DNA from: a virus
Lineage: Duplodnaviria; Heunggongvirae; Uroviricota; Caudoviricetes
DNA: 64,000 nt
IMG/VR virus record: IMGVR_UViG_3300044991_001838
Coordinates: 64,001-128,000 of that record
Strand: one strand, 5' to 3'
The position numbers and the translations under genes are program-made. Below are positions 54,935 through 64,000 of the stretch, one piece after another (the stretch's first letter is position 1; the number at the start of each line of letters is the position of its first letter). The notes beneath the pieces are model-generated. The model worked only from the letters and a program-made list of their open reading frames with translations, did not search any database and was not told where the DNA came from.

Positions 54935-57900
54935 ATGGGAAGTCCTTTAGATTATATTAATTCGGATGGTTTCAGAAAGAAACTTATTGTTAGAAACTTA
55001 ACACCTTATGCTAAGTCTCCTAACCGACCTACGCAACCAATTGATACAGAATATATTCAATCAGACACATCTGTACAAGATAGTCCTGACCAATTAATTG
55101 ATATCCCATCATTTGCAAATCAATTATATCCTCTTAACCAATACGGTAATGAGGGTGGTTATGAACAAGTTCCTGACCCAAACGCATTAATGAATACCAA
55201 ATCAAATGAGGGCGAATATGGATTTCAAGATGCTCATATTGTAGACCAATCATTACCCGAATCTCAAAAATGGAAACCACTTAATGTTTTTTCAAATGGT
55301 TCGCAAACACAAATTGATAGTGCCGAATTTTTTAATTCATTAGACAAACCACAAACCACAAACAACTATAACAATCAACCCTATCCAACTACATTTGTAC
55401 CATCATTTTATAGTCCTTTATCTATATTATTATCTCCTGACCCTTCAGGTAGTAATGGTTCGTTAAGTCAAGATAGTTTTATTGCTCGTTTAGGGGCTCA
55501 AACACTTAGACGTGAGTTTGAAGAAAGGATTGCAGCACAAATTTATCAAGACACAATAGGTCGCGCCAATATTTTAAATATTAATAGTGGTTCTGATTTA
55601 GTTAACATTATATCAGGAAATGTTCCATTATTGGAGCCAAACTACACAATCACGGTAAATGCAAACCCAATTTTAGCGGCGGCTAATTTTGCGTTAAGAT
55701 TAGGAGGTAGTATTTTACCAACATCTACAATACCAGGTTCTTATTTTGACCCTACCGTTAATCCTGGTCAACCAACGACAATACAACAATTATCATTGGC
55801 CTTTGGACAAAGTACTGTTGGTAATTTCTTTAATAAGTTAATTGGTGCTGGACAGACAGGGTCTCAAATTTTTTATAACAATACAGGTGCAGGACAAAAA
55901 TCAAGATTGTTTAAAAATATTGATTATAACAAATACAAACCAAATTACGACAGAACTCTTATTGATAGAATTGGTGGTGCACTAACAGGTACTTTAACTA
56001 ATAATAGTAATTTCTATGTTGGTAGTATAACATCAGACCCATCAAGAGTATTCTCACCAGGTGGAGATGTTCCTGTTAACGCTTTTGGACAAGAACAACA
56101 AACTCCTGTTTATGGTCCATCAGAGTTAGCACAACTATATGAAGGTCCAAGTAAAGAAATTCGTTTAGGAGCCAATGGTCCAACATATAGTAACGGTGGT
56201 GGTATTGAGGGTGGATTTACATGGGTATCACCTAAATACAAAGGTAATGCTGGTAAGACAGTTGGTATTGGTGGTGAAATTATAAACCAAGACCAAGACT
56301 TTAAACCTTCATCATATAATTCAACTGAGTCTACAGAAAGAACATTTAAACAAGGTTCAATATTAGACCAAACACAAAGAATTATTGATAGTCAACCTCA
56401 AGGTGGTAGAAGATTACAACATGTTGGAAATGCTATTGACCAAGTAAGTAAAGTCTTTCATGATGGATATAAAGAAATGACTAAAGGTTCAATGGTTTAT
56501 AAATATACAGGTGCTATTGGACAAGAGGTAGGTACAGAATATTGTAGAGTATTTGCCAAAGATATACCTTACTTACAATATAATGACCTTCAAAAAGTTG
56601 ATGGTATTACAGTTAACGGTAGAAGATTTGCAGATTCAGTATTAGATAATACATACAACCTTAATATAGCTCCAAACAAACAAGAAGGTGGGCAAGACTC
56701 TACAAATTTAATAGGTAGTGGGGTAAATGGTTACGCCAAAAAATATATGTTTTCTTTAGAAAACTTGGCGTGGAGAACCTCAAGCACTCCTGGGTATTCT
56801 GTTTCCGATTTGGCAATTTGTGAAAGAGGTCCAAACGGTGGTAGAGTTATGTGGTTTCCACCATATGGATTAACTTTTAGTGAATCAGTTTCAACAAATT
56901 GGAATCAAAGTGATTTCTTAGGAAGACCTGAACCTGTTTATACATATAAAAGTACTCAAAGGACTGGTAGTTTAACTTGGAAAATAGTTGTTGACCACCC
57001 ATCTGTGTTAAATGTAATTGTTAATAAAGTATTAGCAAACGAAACAAATAAAACTAGAGTTAATAGTATTTTGGACTCATTCTTTGCGGGATGTAGAAAA
57101 TACGATTTATATGAACTTGCCAAAAAATATGCTAATATACCTCCTGGAGAACTATCTTATTTACAAGACATTATTAGTTCAAAAGATGTGTCTAAGGAAG
57201 AATTAGAATATACTAAAGGTACCATTCAAACAGGAGATAAATCACCTGACGGAAGTACAGACCCAATTTCTCAAGTTGGAGGTGGTGGTAATACAAAAGA
57301 TTATTTTAAAAAATATGTTAATGTAGGTGCTTATTTTGGAAATGATTTCCCAAAACCAAGTAATGTTTTAAATTATTCAAGTGAATATACTAGATATACA
57401 TCTCCTGCTAATGTAACGATATACACAGGAAAAACTAATGGAGCTCAATTAGGAGAATTTTTTAACACTGTTGTTACTCCAAACTATGATGTTTTAACTG
57501 CGATGACACTTGATTTGTCAACACAATTAAAACAATATCCTGATGGGATTGTTACGGTCATGATTGATTCGAGTTGTTCTGCACCTGCGACACAAACATA
57601 TAATGTTGAATTATCCAAACGAAGAATATCATCACTTAAGAAATTTTTTGAAGAAGATACTAATGTTGCTGCGTTTGTTACACAAAAAAGATTAATCATT
57701 AAAGAAGGTAAAGCGTTTGGTGAAAATATTCAAAACACTCAGCCACGTATGGCAAATAGTTCTACAGGTCCATTTACCGCTGACAATTTAACTAAACAAG
57801 GGACGACAGTAAATTGTACCGATAGTGATGTTAATACCCCTGGAGGTGATACACAAGCAGGGTCAAAAGACATTTTTACAACAGCCGCGATGGCTTGTAG

Positions 57901-59986
57901 GAGAGCTTACATATCGGCAATTGAGTCAACATTAAACGCACCTAAATCACCTCCTGTACCACAATATACAGAAGTTACGGTTGGTAATGTTGTGACAAAA
58001 ACAGTTAAAGAAGAAGTAATTACTCAAGAAAGAAGACCATACGATAATATAACTAAAAGAGTTTTAAGGTCTTTATTATCGGAGTGTGATTATTTTGAAA
58101 CAATTAAGACTGAAACTCCAATGGTTTATGATAACCTTAAAGATAAGTTGAAATTTTTCCAACCAGCATTTCACTCAACAACACCGGAAGGGTTGAATAC
58201 AAGACTTACATTTTTACAACAATGTATGAGACCTGGGAATACTATACCAACAATAAAACAAAATACACCTCAAAGTAAACCCGTGTTAGAATATAATAAC
58301 GCTATTAACACGGCTTTCGGTGCTCCACCGGTATTAATTTTAAGAATTGGGGATTTTTATAATACAAAAATTATCCCAACTTCATTGGCATTAACATATG
58401 AACAATTGGATATTAATCCTGAAGGGATTGGTGTGCAACCAATGATTGCCAATGTAACAATGGCGTTCAATTTTGTTGGTGGTAGTGGATTAAAAGAATC
58501 TGTAGATAAATTACAAAACGCTTTGACATTTAACTATTATGCAAATACAGAAATATATGATGATAGGTCTGATGTTACTTCAAATAAGGAATTATTAAAA
58601 GTATTGGATAAAGAATTTTTAGCGTTAAATAATCCGCCGGCACCTCCTGCTGTTAATCAGGCAGAACCTAATGCCGGTCAGGATAATAATGGAACGGTTG
58701 GAAAAATAACTAGTAATAATATTACCGCTAGTGGTGAAACGGGAACATTAAATTATTCAGAATTTATGGATAAAGTAGTTAAAGATACTCAAACATATTT
58801 TACTACTGTTGTTAATAAAACAAAAGAAACCGTTAGTCAATATAATAATGCGGTTCGTCAACAATGGATGTTACAACGCTCGTACACACAGGGTAAATTA
58901 AATGTTGATAATGAAATCCCTGTTGTTCTTTTTGGTAAACCTAGTGGTGTTGAAAAAAGATTTGATGAAATTTTTGGAGCATTTGAAAAAAACATTAAAA
59001 ATGATAATGACCCATTTATAGAGTTTATAAGTGCACCAATTAGAGACTTCTCTAAAAGATTAATTTCAACAGTACAAGACAATTATTTTAATTTTGTTAA
59101 AAATAAAAGAAGTGCATTTCAAAACGCAATTTTTAAAATCACCCAAGATTTAACAACTATTGAACAAAGTTATCTTCAAACAATGGGTAAAACAAATCTT
59201 ATTACTTTTGCTGGAACCTTAAATAATGGAACTGATGGGTTACAAGGTAGTACGGGTAATGCCAAAGTTTATGTGACTTCAGGTACAACAAAAGTGTCAA
59301 CATCTTCCTCAGGTGCCGACACATTAATAGAATTAGTGGATGATGTTAAAAAAATACAACTCGGTATTAAAAACTTTAATCAAGTTATTGGGACCGACTC
59401 AACATTTGTATATCCTGCAGATAGTAAAGAATATACAGGTACTTTAGTTTTTAGTGTTAGTGATGGGATATCAAAAGCGACAACTGTTGAACAAGTTTTT
59501 GTACCTTTTAGTAAAAATTCGTTATTTGATAATGTATCATTTAAACAAGAATATATGATTTTATCAGACGATATACTTGATGATAAAAAATATCAAACAT
59601 TTAAAACGGCAATAATTGGTAATATAATTGGTAATAAATCAATAATTGGTAAGGGGGCTGACAATATCGATGCGGTATTTGACGCATATTGGTTGACTGT
59701 TACAAAACCTGTTTTCTTAGGGGAGAATAATATAACTAAATCTTTTATTGAAAATATGGAAAAAACAAAATTAAAAGACTTTTTAATTTATACACCATTT
59801 ACTACTAAAACAAGGGAATTTACATATACTATTGAAAATAGCGCGTCTGAAGATAAGGTAAAATCACAAAAAAATATGATTAAAGGTTTAGGGGCGACAA
59901 CAAATCAAAACACAAATAAAAACACTTGGAATGATACTGATGGTAATACGACAGGAGCATACATTTCTAAAGCAAAATTAAACTAA
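54935..59986 (+). CDS. Large baseplate/tube-initiator protein with OmpA-like insert
   Basis: WNQSDFLGRPEPVYTY...WKIVVDHP and PPVLILRIGDFYNTKII halves; YNVELSKRR...CRRAYI insert. Confidence 0.6.
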   Translation: MGSPLDYINSDGFRKKLIVRNLTPYAKSPNRPTQPIDTEYIQSDTSVQDSPDQLIDIPSFANQLYPLNQYGNEGGYEQVPDPNALMNTKSNEGEYGFQDAHIVDQSLPESQKWKPLNVFSNGSQTQIDSAEFFNSLDKPQTTNNYNNQPYPTTFVPSFYSPLSILLSPDPSGSNGSLSQDSFIARLGAQTLRREFEERIAAQIYQDTIGRANILNINSGSDLVNIISGNVPLLEPNYTITVNANPILAAANFALRLGGSILPTSTIPGSYFDPTVNPGQPTTIQQLSLAFGQSTVGNFFNKLIGAGQTGSQIFYNNTGAGQKSRLFKNIDYNKYKPNYDRTLIDRIGGALTGTLTNNSNFYVGSITSDPSRVFSPGGDVPVNAFGQEQQTPVYGPSELAQLYEGPSKEIRLGANGPTYSNGGGIEGGFTWVSPKYKGNAGKTVGIGGEIINQDQDFKPSSYNSTESTERTFKQGSILDQTQRIIDSQPQGGRRLQHVGNAIDQVSKVFHDGYKEMTKGSMVYKYTGAIGQEVGTEYCRVFAKDIPYLQYNDLQKVDGITVNGRRFADSVLDNTYNLNIAPNKQEGGQDSTNLIGSGVNGYAKKYMFSLENLAWRTSSTPGYSVSDLAICERGPNGGRVMWFPPYGLTFSESVSTNWNQSDFLGRPEPVYTYKSTQRTGSLTWKIVVDHPSVLNVIVNKVLANETNKTRVNSILDSFFAGCRKYDLYELAKKYANIPPGELSYLQDIISSKDVSKEELEYTKGTIQTGDKSPDGSTDPISQVGGGGNTKDYFKKYVNVGAYFGNDFPKPSNVLNYSSEYTRYTSPANVTIYTGKTNGAQLGEFFNTVVTPNYDVLTAMTLDLSTQLKQYPDGIVTVMIDSSCSAPATQTYNVELSKRRISSLKKFFEEDTNVAAFVTQKRLIIKEGKAFGENIQNTQPRMANSSTGPFTADNLTKQGTTVNCTDSDVNTPGGDTQAGSKDIFTTAAMACRRAYISAIESTLNAPKSPPVPQYTEVTVGNVVTKTVKEEVITQERRPYDNITKRVLRSLLSECDYFETIKTETPMVYDNLKDKLKFFQPAFHSTTPEGLNTRLTFLQQCMRPGNTIPTIKQNTPQSKPVLEYNNAINTAFGAPPVLILRIGDFYNTKIIPTSLALTYEQLDINPEGIGVQPMIANVTMAFNFVGGSGLKESVDKLQNALTFNYYANTEIYDDRSDVTSNKELLKVLDKEFLALNNPPAPPAVNQAEPNAGQDNNGTVGKITSNNITASGETGTLNYSEFMDKVVKDTQTYFTTVVNKTKETVSQYNNAVRQQWMLQRSYTQGKLNVDNEIPVVLFGKPSGVEKRFDEIFGAFEKNIKNDNDPFIEFISAPIRDFSKRLISTVQDNYFNFVKNKRSAFQNAIFKITQDLTTIEQSYLQTMGKTNLITFAGTLNNGTDGLQGSTGNAKVYVTSGTTKVSTSSSGADTLIELVDDVKKIQLGIKNFNQVIGTDSTFVYPADSKEYTGTLVFSVSDGISKATTVEQVFVPFSKNSLFDNVSFKQEYMILSDDILDDKKYQTFKTAIIGNIIGNKSIIGKGADNIDAVFDAYWLTVTKPVFLGENNITKSFIENMEKTKLKDFLIYTPFTTKTREFTYTIENSASEDKVKSQKNMIKGLGATTNQNTNKNTWNDTDGNTTGAYISKAKLN

Positions 59987-60309
59987 TGGCATTTCAATAC
60001 TGGAATAGATATAGTGATTTTTTAATTAACGGAGAACAAACCGTTGTACCGTATGTGCCAATCGCCCAAAAATCTACGGATAAAGCTTACATCTATAAAG
60101 TCGCTCAAAGTAGATTAGATAAAGTTTCTCAAGAGTATTACAATTCACCATACTTTAGTTGGTTAATACTCCAAGCTAATCCACAATTTGGTGGACTTGA
60201 AAACAACATATATGATGGTGCTATATTGATAATTCCTTTTCCATTACTACCTTCATTACAGGATTATAAGGCAGCGTTAGAAAATCATTTTTATTATTAT
60301 GGTAGGTAA
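59986..60309 (+). CDS. LysM-like baseplate protein (P2 gpX/gp53-like)
   Basis: RLDKVSQEYYNSPYFSWLILQANP. Confidence 0.7.
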   Translation: MAFQYWNRYSDFLINGEQTVVPYVPIAQKSTDKAYIYKVAQSRLDKVSQEYYNSPYFSWLILQANPQFGGLENNIYDGAILIIPFPLLPSLQDYKAALENHFYYYGR

Positions 60310-63300
60310 TTTAGGACCGGACAACAGCGGAAACATATATGTTGAATTTGACTATAACAATTTAATAGTTGTTGACCCAAACAAAACAACTAAAGATGGT
60401 CAAGTTTCTGAAAGATTAGTTGACCACGAAAATCTTGTTATGTATGCGAATTTGGAAGCGGAAGTACTTCCAAGAACAAAACTTGCGGTAGGGATAAGTC
60501 CTGAAGATAGTGGGATAAGAACAATTTCTGTTGCTAAAATGAATTTTTTAAAACCAGGTAAAAATGATTATCTTGGAACGGGATATTATGACGAACTAAC
60601 AGGACAAAATGTTACAAAATTTGATGGAACTAACCAACCACTACAAGTAGGTGTAATACCTAAAAATGGGGATAAACCATATTATACTAATACGGTTTCA
60701 AATGAAACAAATGTAATGGATAATGGGTTATTAGGTATTACCCAAATACATGTTACAACAAATACGTCATTTATACCATCTGTAACTATGGAATTAGAAG
60801 ATGTTCAAGGTAAGGCATTATTTCAATTAGGTAACAACTCTCCTTATTCTGCCTTTTTTAATTTACCATATCCAGTATTTTATTTAACACTAAAAGGTTA
60901 TTACGGACAGGCGATTAGATACCAATTAAACTTAGAAAAATTTAACGCTAGATTTAATTCGGTAAGCGGTAATTACCAAGTTTCATTAACTTTTAAAGGA
61001 TATAAGTTTAATATATTAAATGAGATTGCTATGGGTCATCTTTTGGCAACACCACACATGTTTTCTCAGACATTTAATATAAGTCAATCTCCTGTTGGTC
61101 CACAACAAACAAATAGGGCAACTGAATCACAATCTAAGACTCAAGCGGCAAAGGCGTTTAATAATGTTAATAGTTCTGATGCGGTTGTGACTGAGTTAAT
61201 TGCGGAAAAAGGATATCAAAAAATTGCCGAAGTTTATAGTGAATATAAAGCTAAAGGACTAATTTCAAAAGATTTACCGGAATTAACAATAGTCCAATTA
61301 ATGTCTAAATTAGAACAGTTTGAAAAATTAATTACTGCGTCTTTTGATAAAACTGAAGTTGGGTCATTAACAAATATTAGAAATTATAAAGGAATATTAA
61401 CCCAATATTTTTCAAATGTTAGAGGGGCAACAAGTTCTTGGTTTAATACATATTTAAATCCAAATCCAATAATTTTGAAGGGTGGTGATAAAACCTATGT
61501 TTTTAAAAATAGTGACCCCGGTCTTCATGTTACCGCTATTTCATTATTAGAAAGTAATATTAAAAAATATAATGAAGGGTTGGCAGAAAATCCAACATTA
61601 GGTACTAATGGCACGGCACCAATACCTAATCCAATTACCCTTAAAATGATTAAAATTGACCCGCCATTAGACTCTAATGTTGATTGGGTTGCAACAGCAA
61701 CCGCACAAACGGGAAATTATAAACCAAGTAAAGAAGTTGTTGATTCGGTTTACAATCAATATATTCCAATATTCACACCAGCTATTAATGAAACAATAGT
61801 TAATGGAAAACCTCAACGTACAGAAATTAAACCTTCATTTTTTGTGTTTGAAGGTAATGGTAGATTTGATTCAACAATATCGTCTTTAGAAACACAGGCA
61901 AATAAAAAATTATCTGAGTACGAAACAAAGATTACTGCGGAATTATTAAGAAAAATTGAAGATAAAGACACAGGACTTGGGTTTAAGCCAACAGTAAGAA
62001 ACATTATTGCGGTTATTATGGCGTCTGCAGAAGGGTTTATTAGATTAATGGATGACACGCATACCAAAGCGTGGAATGTAAAATATGACCCTGTTAGAAA
62101 ACAAGCTATTTTAGATAATCCTTCATCGGCACCTAGTTCTGAAACAAGAGACCACGTAGTACAAACACAAGGTTCGTTATTAGGTAATACCGCGGCTGAG
62201 AATTCTCAAATCCCTGTATACCCATGGCCACAATATTTTGTTGAGACATCTGATGATAAAAAAGGTAGATTCCAATTAAAGTATCTTGCAGACCCAACAG
62301 AAATTGATAAAACTGATGGGGGTAATTATGCTAAATGGCCTGAAGTTCAATTTGTTGAAGAGTACATGAAAGGACTTACAATGAAGTTTCAATCACCAAT
62401 TGCTCCGCCACCATTAGAAACGGAAAGAGAAACTAATATAATTAATATTAATGCGATTGAATTTCCTTCGACAGGAATTGCATATCGTAATAAAGAAGAA
62501 ATTAAATTTTTCTATGAGATATGGGAAAGACAATTTTTGACTGCTCATTATTCAGGATTTGTAAGGGCTAATTTAAATCAAATTCAAGATTTAATTAAAC
62601 TTAATGTTGAGGCGGAAATTAGTAATGTTAAAAATGGTTTAGGATTAAGTTCTCCTTATATTACATTTACATTAAAAAATTATGGGTTAAACGCGGCTTC
62701 CTATCCGGATTTCTTAAAGAATATCTCAAATATGGGAACAGGCCGAGCATACCAAGATTATGTTAGAGATTTCTTTGTTACACCATATCTTAAAACTATT
62801 ACTGAAGATTCTTTCAGTATATTAGGTGTTGAAGATATTGGTAAAATTCCACAGACAACAACAAAATCAGAAGGACTTAAAAAGTTAATAGACAATGCGC
62901 CTAACGACCCAATGATTGTTGATACAATACCATACACAGACCAAACATGGTGTGCAAACAATTTAAATCAAGGGGCGAGCTCTACGGGTAATCAAGTATA
63001 TGGAACTAAAAAAAGTTTGATGATATTTGAACCAAGAAAAATTATTGCAAATTTTAATAATGTTTTTGACTTTAAAAATAATAGACCTGTAACAAACTTT
63101 TCATATTTATTAGGTCAAAATCCTACAATTCTTGCACTTTCATCAATGTTATTTGGTTTAGGGTTATCCGGTTTTTATGATACAAGGGAGTCTGACGATT
63201 TTATTGCAACTGAAGGATATGTTTATGGAGCCACTCCAACAGGAATATTAAGTCCAAGAACAACAACGTCCATGTTGAATACTCCGTATTTTGTTAACGC

Positions 63301-64000
63301 TATTCAAAACGGTGTAGATAATTCAAGAATTTCAGGTAACACTTATCCATATACTCAAGCCGCGTATTTATTCATTAATTCATTACCATTAGCAACTTTA
63401 AGAGAAAAATATAAATCAGTATCAGATAATAATACTGTAACTGAATTAGATTACATATCATCTTGTTTTAAAAAGTTTGGTGCAATACATAAAATACCGT
63501 ATGCTTGGATATTAAAATACGGGTCAATATGGTATAGATATAAAACGTACAAACAAACAGGTACTGATATATTAAAAACTGCTTGGAAAAATTTTGATTA
63601 TTCCAAAAATTATAATCCGATAGTTCCGGTAACAACGGGTACCACAACAGGGACCACTACAACAGGGGTGATAATTACAGGTACAACAAGTACGTCAGTA
63701 GAATATAAATTTAAATACAATGGTGTTAATAGAAATGTTGTTTTACAAAGTGAAACATCTATAGATGTTGATATGCAAGTTGGATTTTATCCAAAATTAA
63801 TTAACGATTTTAATTTCTTTTATAATGGATATGATTTGTATACGGGTTATACAAATAGTGAAATACAACAAAGTGTTAATGATGGATTAAAAATGTATAA
63901 TTTTTTAGGTTCAAATATCAATAATGGTAAACAAAATGGTAAAAATTTAAGATTAATAACATGGTCTGTAATGTTACCAAATAATGTACCTGAAGATGAT
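60299..64000 (+). CDS. Large baseplate hub-like structural protein, truncated at window end
   Basis: ATG at 60299 (MVGNLGPDNSGNIYVEFDY...); frame open where checked (about 60.3-61.1 kb, 62.0 kb, 63.9-64.0 kb); GITQIHV...PSVTMELEDVQG hub-like segment; absent from track because it has no stop. Confidence 0.7.
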   Translation, partial: MVGNLGPDNSGNIYVEFDYNNLIVVDPNKTTKDGQVSERLVDHENLVMYANLEAEVLPRTKLAVGISPEDSGIRTISVAKMNFLKPGKNDYLGTGYYDELTGQNVTKFDGTNQPLQVGVIPKNGDKPYYTNTVSNETNVMDNGLLGITQIHVTTNTSFIPSVTMELEDVQGKALFQLGNNSPYSAFFNLPYPVFYLTLKGYYGQAIRYQLNLEKFNARFNSVSGNYQVSLTFKGYKFNILNEIAMGHLLATPHMFSQTFNISQSPVGPQQTNRATESQSKTQAAKAFNNVNSSDAVVTELIAEKGYQKIAEVYSEYKAKGLISKDLPELTIVQLMSKLEQFEKLITASFDKTEVGSLTNIRNYKGILTQYFSNVRGATSSWFNTYLNPNPIILKGGDKTYVFKNSDPGLHVTAISLLESNIKKYNEGLAENPTLGTNGTAPIPNPITLKMIKIDPPLDSNVDWVATATAQTGNYKPSKEVVDSVYNQYIPIFTPAINETIVNGKPQRTEIKPSFFVFEGNGRFDSTISSLETQANKKLSEYETKITAELLRKIEDKDTGLGFKPTVRNIIAVIMASAEGFIRLMDDTHTKAWNVKYDPVRKQAILDNPSSAPSSETRDHVVQTQGSLLGNTAAENSQIPVYPWPQYFVETSDDKKGRFQLKYLADPTEIDKTDGGNYAKWPEVQFVEEYMKGLTMKFQSPIAPPPLETERETNIININAIEFPSTGIAYRNKEEIKFFYEIWERQFLTAHYSGFVRANLNQIQDLIKLNVEAEISNVKNGLGLSSPYITFTLKNYGLNAASYPDFLKNISNMGTGRAYQDYVRDFFVTPYLKTITEDSFSILGVEDIGKIPQTTTKSEGLKKLIDNAPNDPMIVDTIPYTDQTWCANNLNQGASSTGNQVYGTKKSLMIFEPRKIIANFNNVFDFKNNRPVTNFSYLLGQNPTILALSSMLFGLGLSGFYDTRESDDFIATEGYVYGATPTGILSPRTTTSMLNTPYFVNAIQNGVDNSRISGNTYPYTQAAYLFINSLPLATLREKYKSVSDNNTVTELDYISSCFKKFGAIHKIPYAWILKYGSIWYRYKTYKQTGTDILKTAWKNFDYSKNYNPIVPVTTGTTTGTTTTGVIITGTTSTSVEYKFKYNGVNRNVVLQSETSIDVDMQVGFYPKLINDFNFFYNGYDLYTGYTNSEIQQSVNDGLKMYNFLGSNINNGKQNGKNLRLITWSVMLPNNVPEDD

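Noticed and set aside
2027-62961. Short alternative-frame or antisense ORFs in the track nested within long genes (e.g. 2027, 5458, 10454, 36817, 41672, 47437, 53034, 61813)
   Set aside because: Fully overlap well-supported genes and show no recognisable motifs or dedicated promoters.
1-64000. Stop-codon reassignment as in some huge phages
   Set aside because: Long genes translate intact in the standard code, and TAA, TAG (e.g. 26811) and TGA (e.g. 52021) all end genes.
1-64000. tRNA, rRNA or giant eukaryotic virus origin
   Set aside because: No tRNA-like cloverleaf noticed in the few intergenic gaps (not scanned computationally). Sheath, tube, neck and bacterial promoters show a tailed phage despite the eukaryote-like GT60 and SET genes.

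Overview
AT-rich fragment of a large T4-like myovirus (jumbo/huge phage) genome. The host is probably Bacteroidetes, inferred from TTTG-N19-TAnnTTTG promoters. Left arm (1-22.4 kb, minus strand): a sigma-factor-like gene, then about 19 kb of nucleotide-sugar genes (Gmd, ColD-like dehydratase, Fcl/ColC, Glf, degenerate UDP-Glc dehydrogenase), about 10 soluble glycosyltransferase genes, PhoH, dUTPase, an exonuclease and a WYL protein. Centre (22.5-35.6 kb, plus strand): four Thr/Pro-rich mucin-like proteins built from small Cys-bounded domains and two C1q/BclA-like proteins, followed directly by a GT60-like polypeptide GlcNAc-transferase, a GT25 and two HtrL-family genes. Right: family B DNA polymerase, neck proteins, Mn-SOD fusion, SNF2 helicase, SET-domain protein, and a contractile tail module (sheath, tube, chaperone with probable +1 frameshift, tape measure, baseplate with OmpA-like insert, LysM-like protein, truncated hub). 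Main hypothesis (inference): a phage-encoded, cytoplasmic, mucin-type O-glycosylation system that decorates virion fibres. Family assignments come from motifs recognised by eye; no database searches were run.
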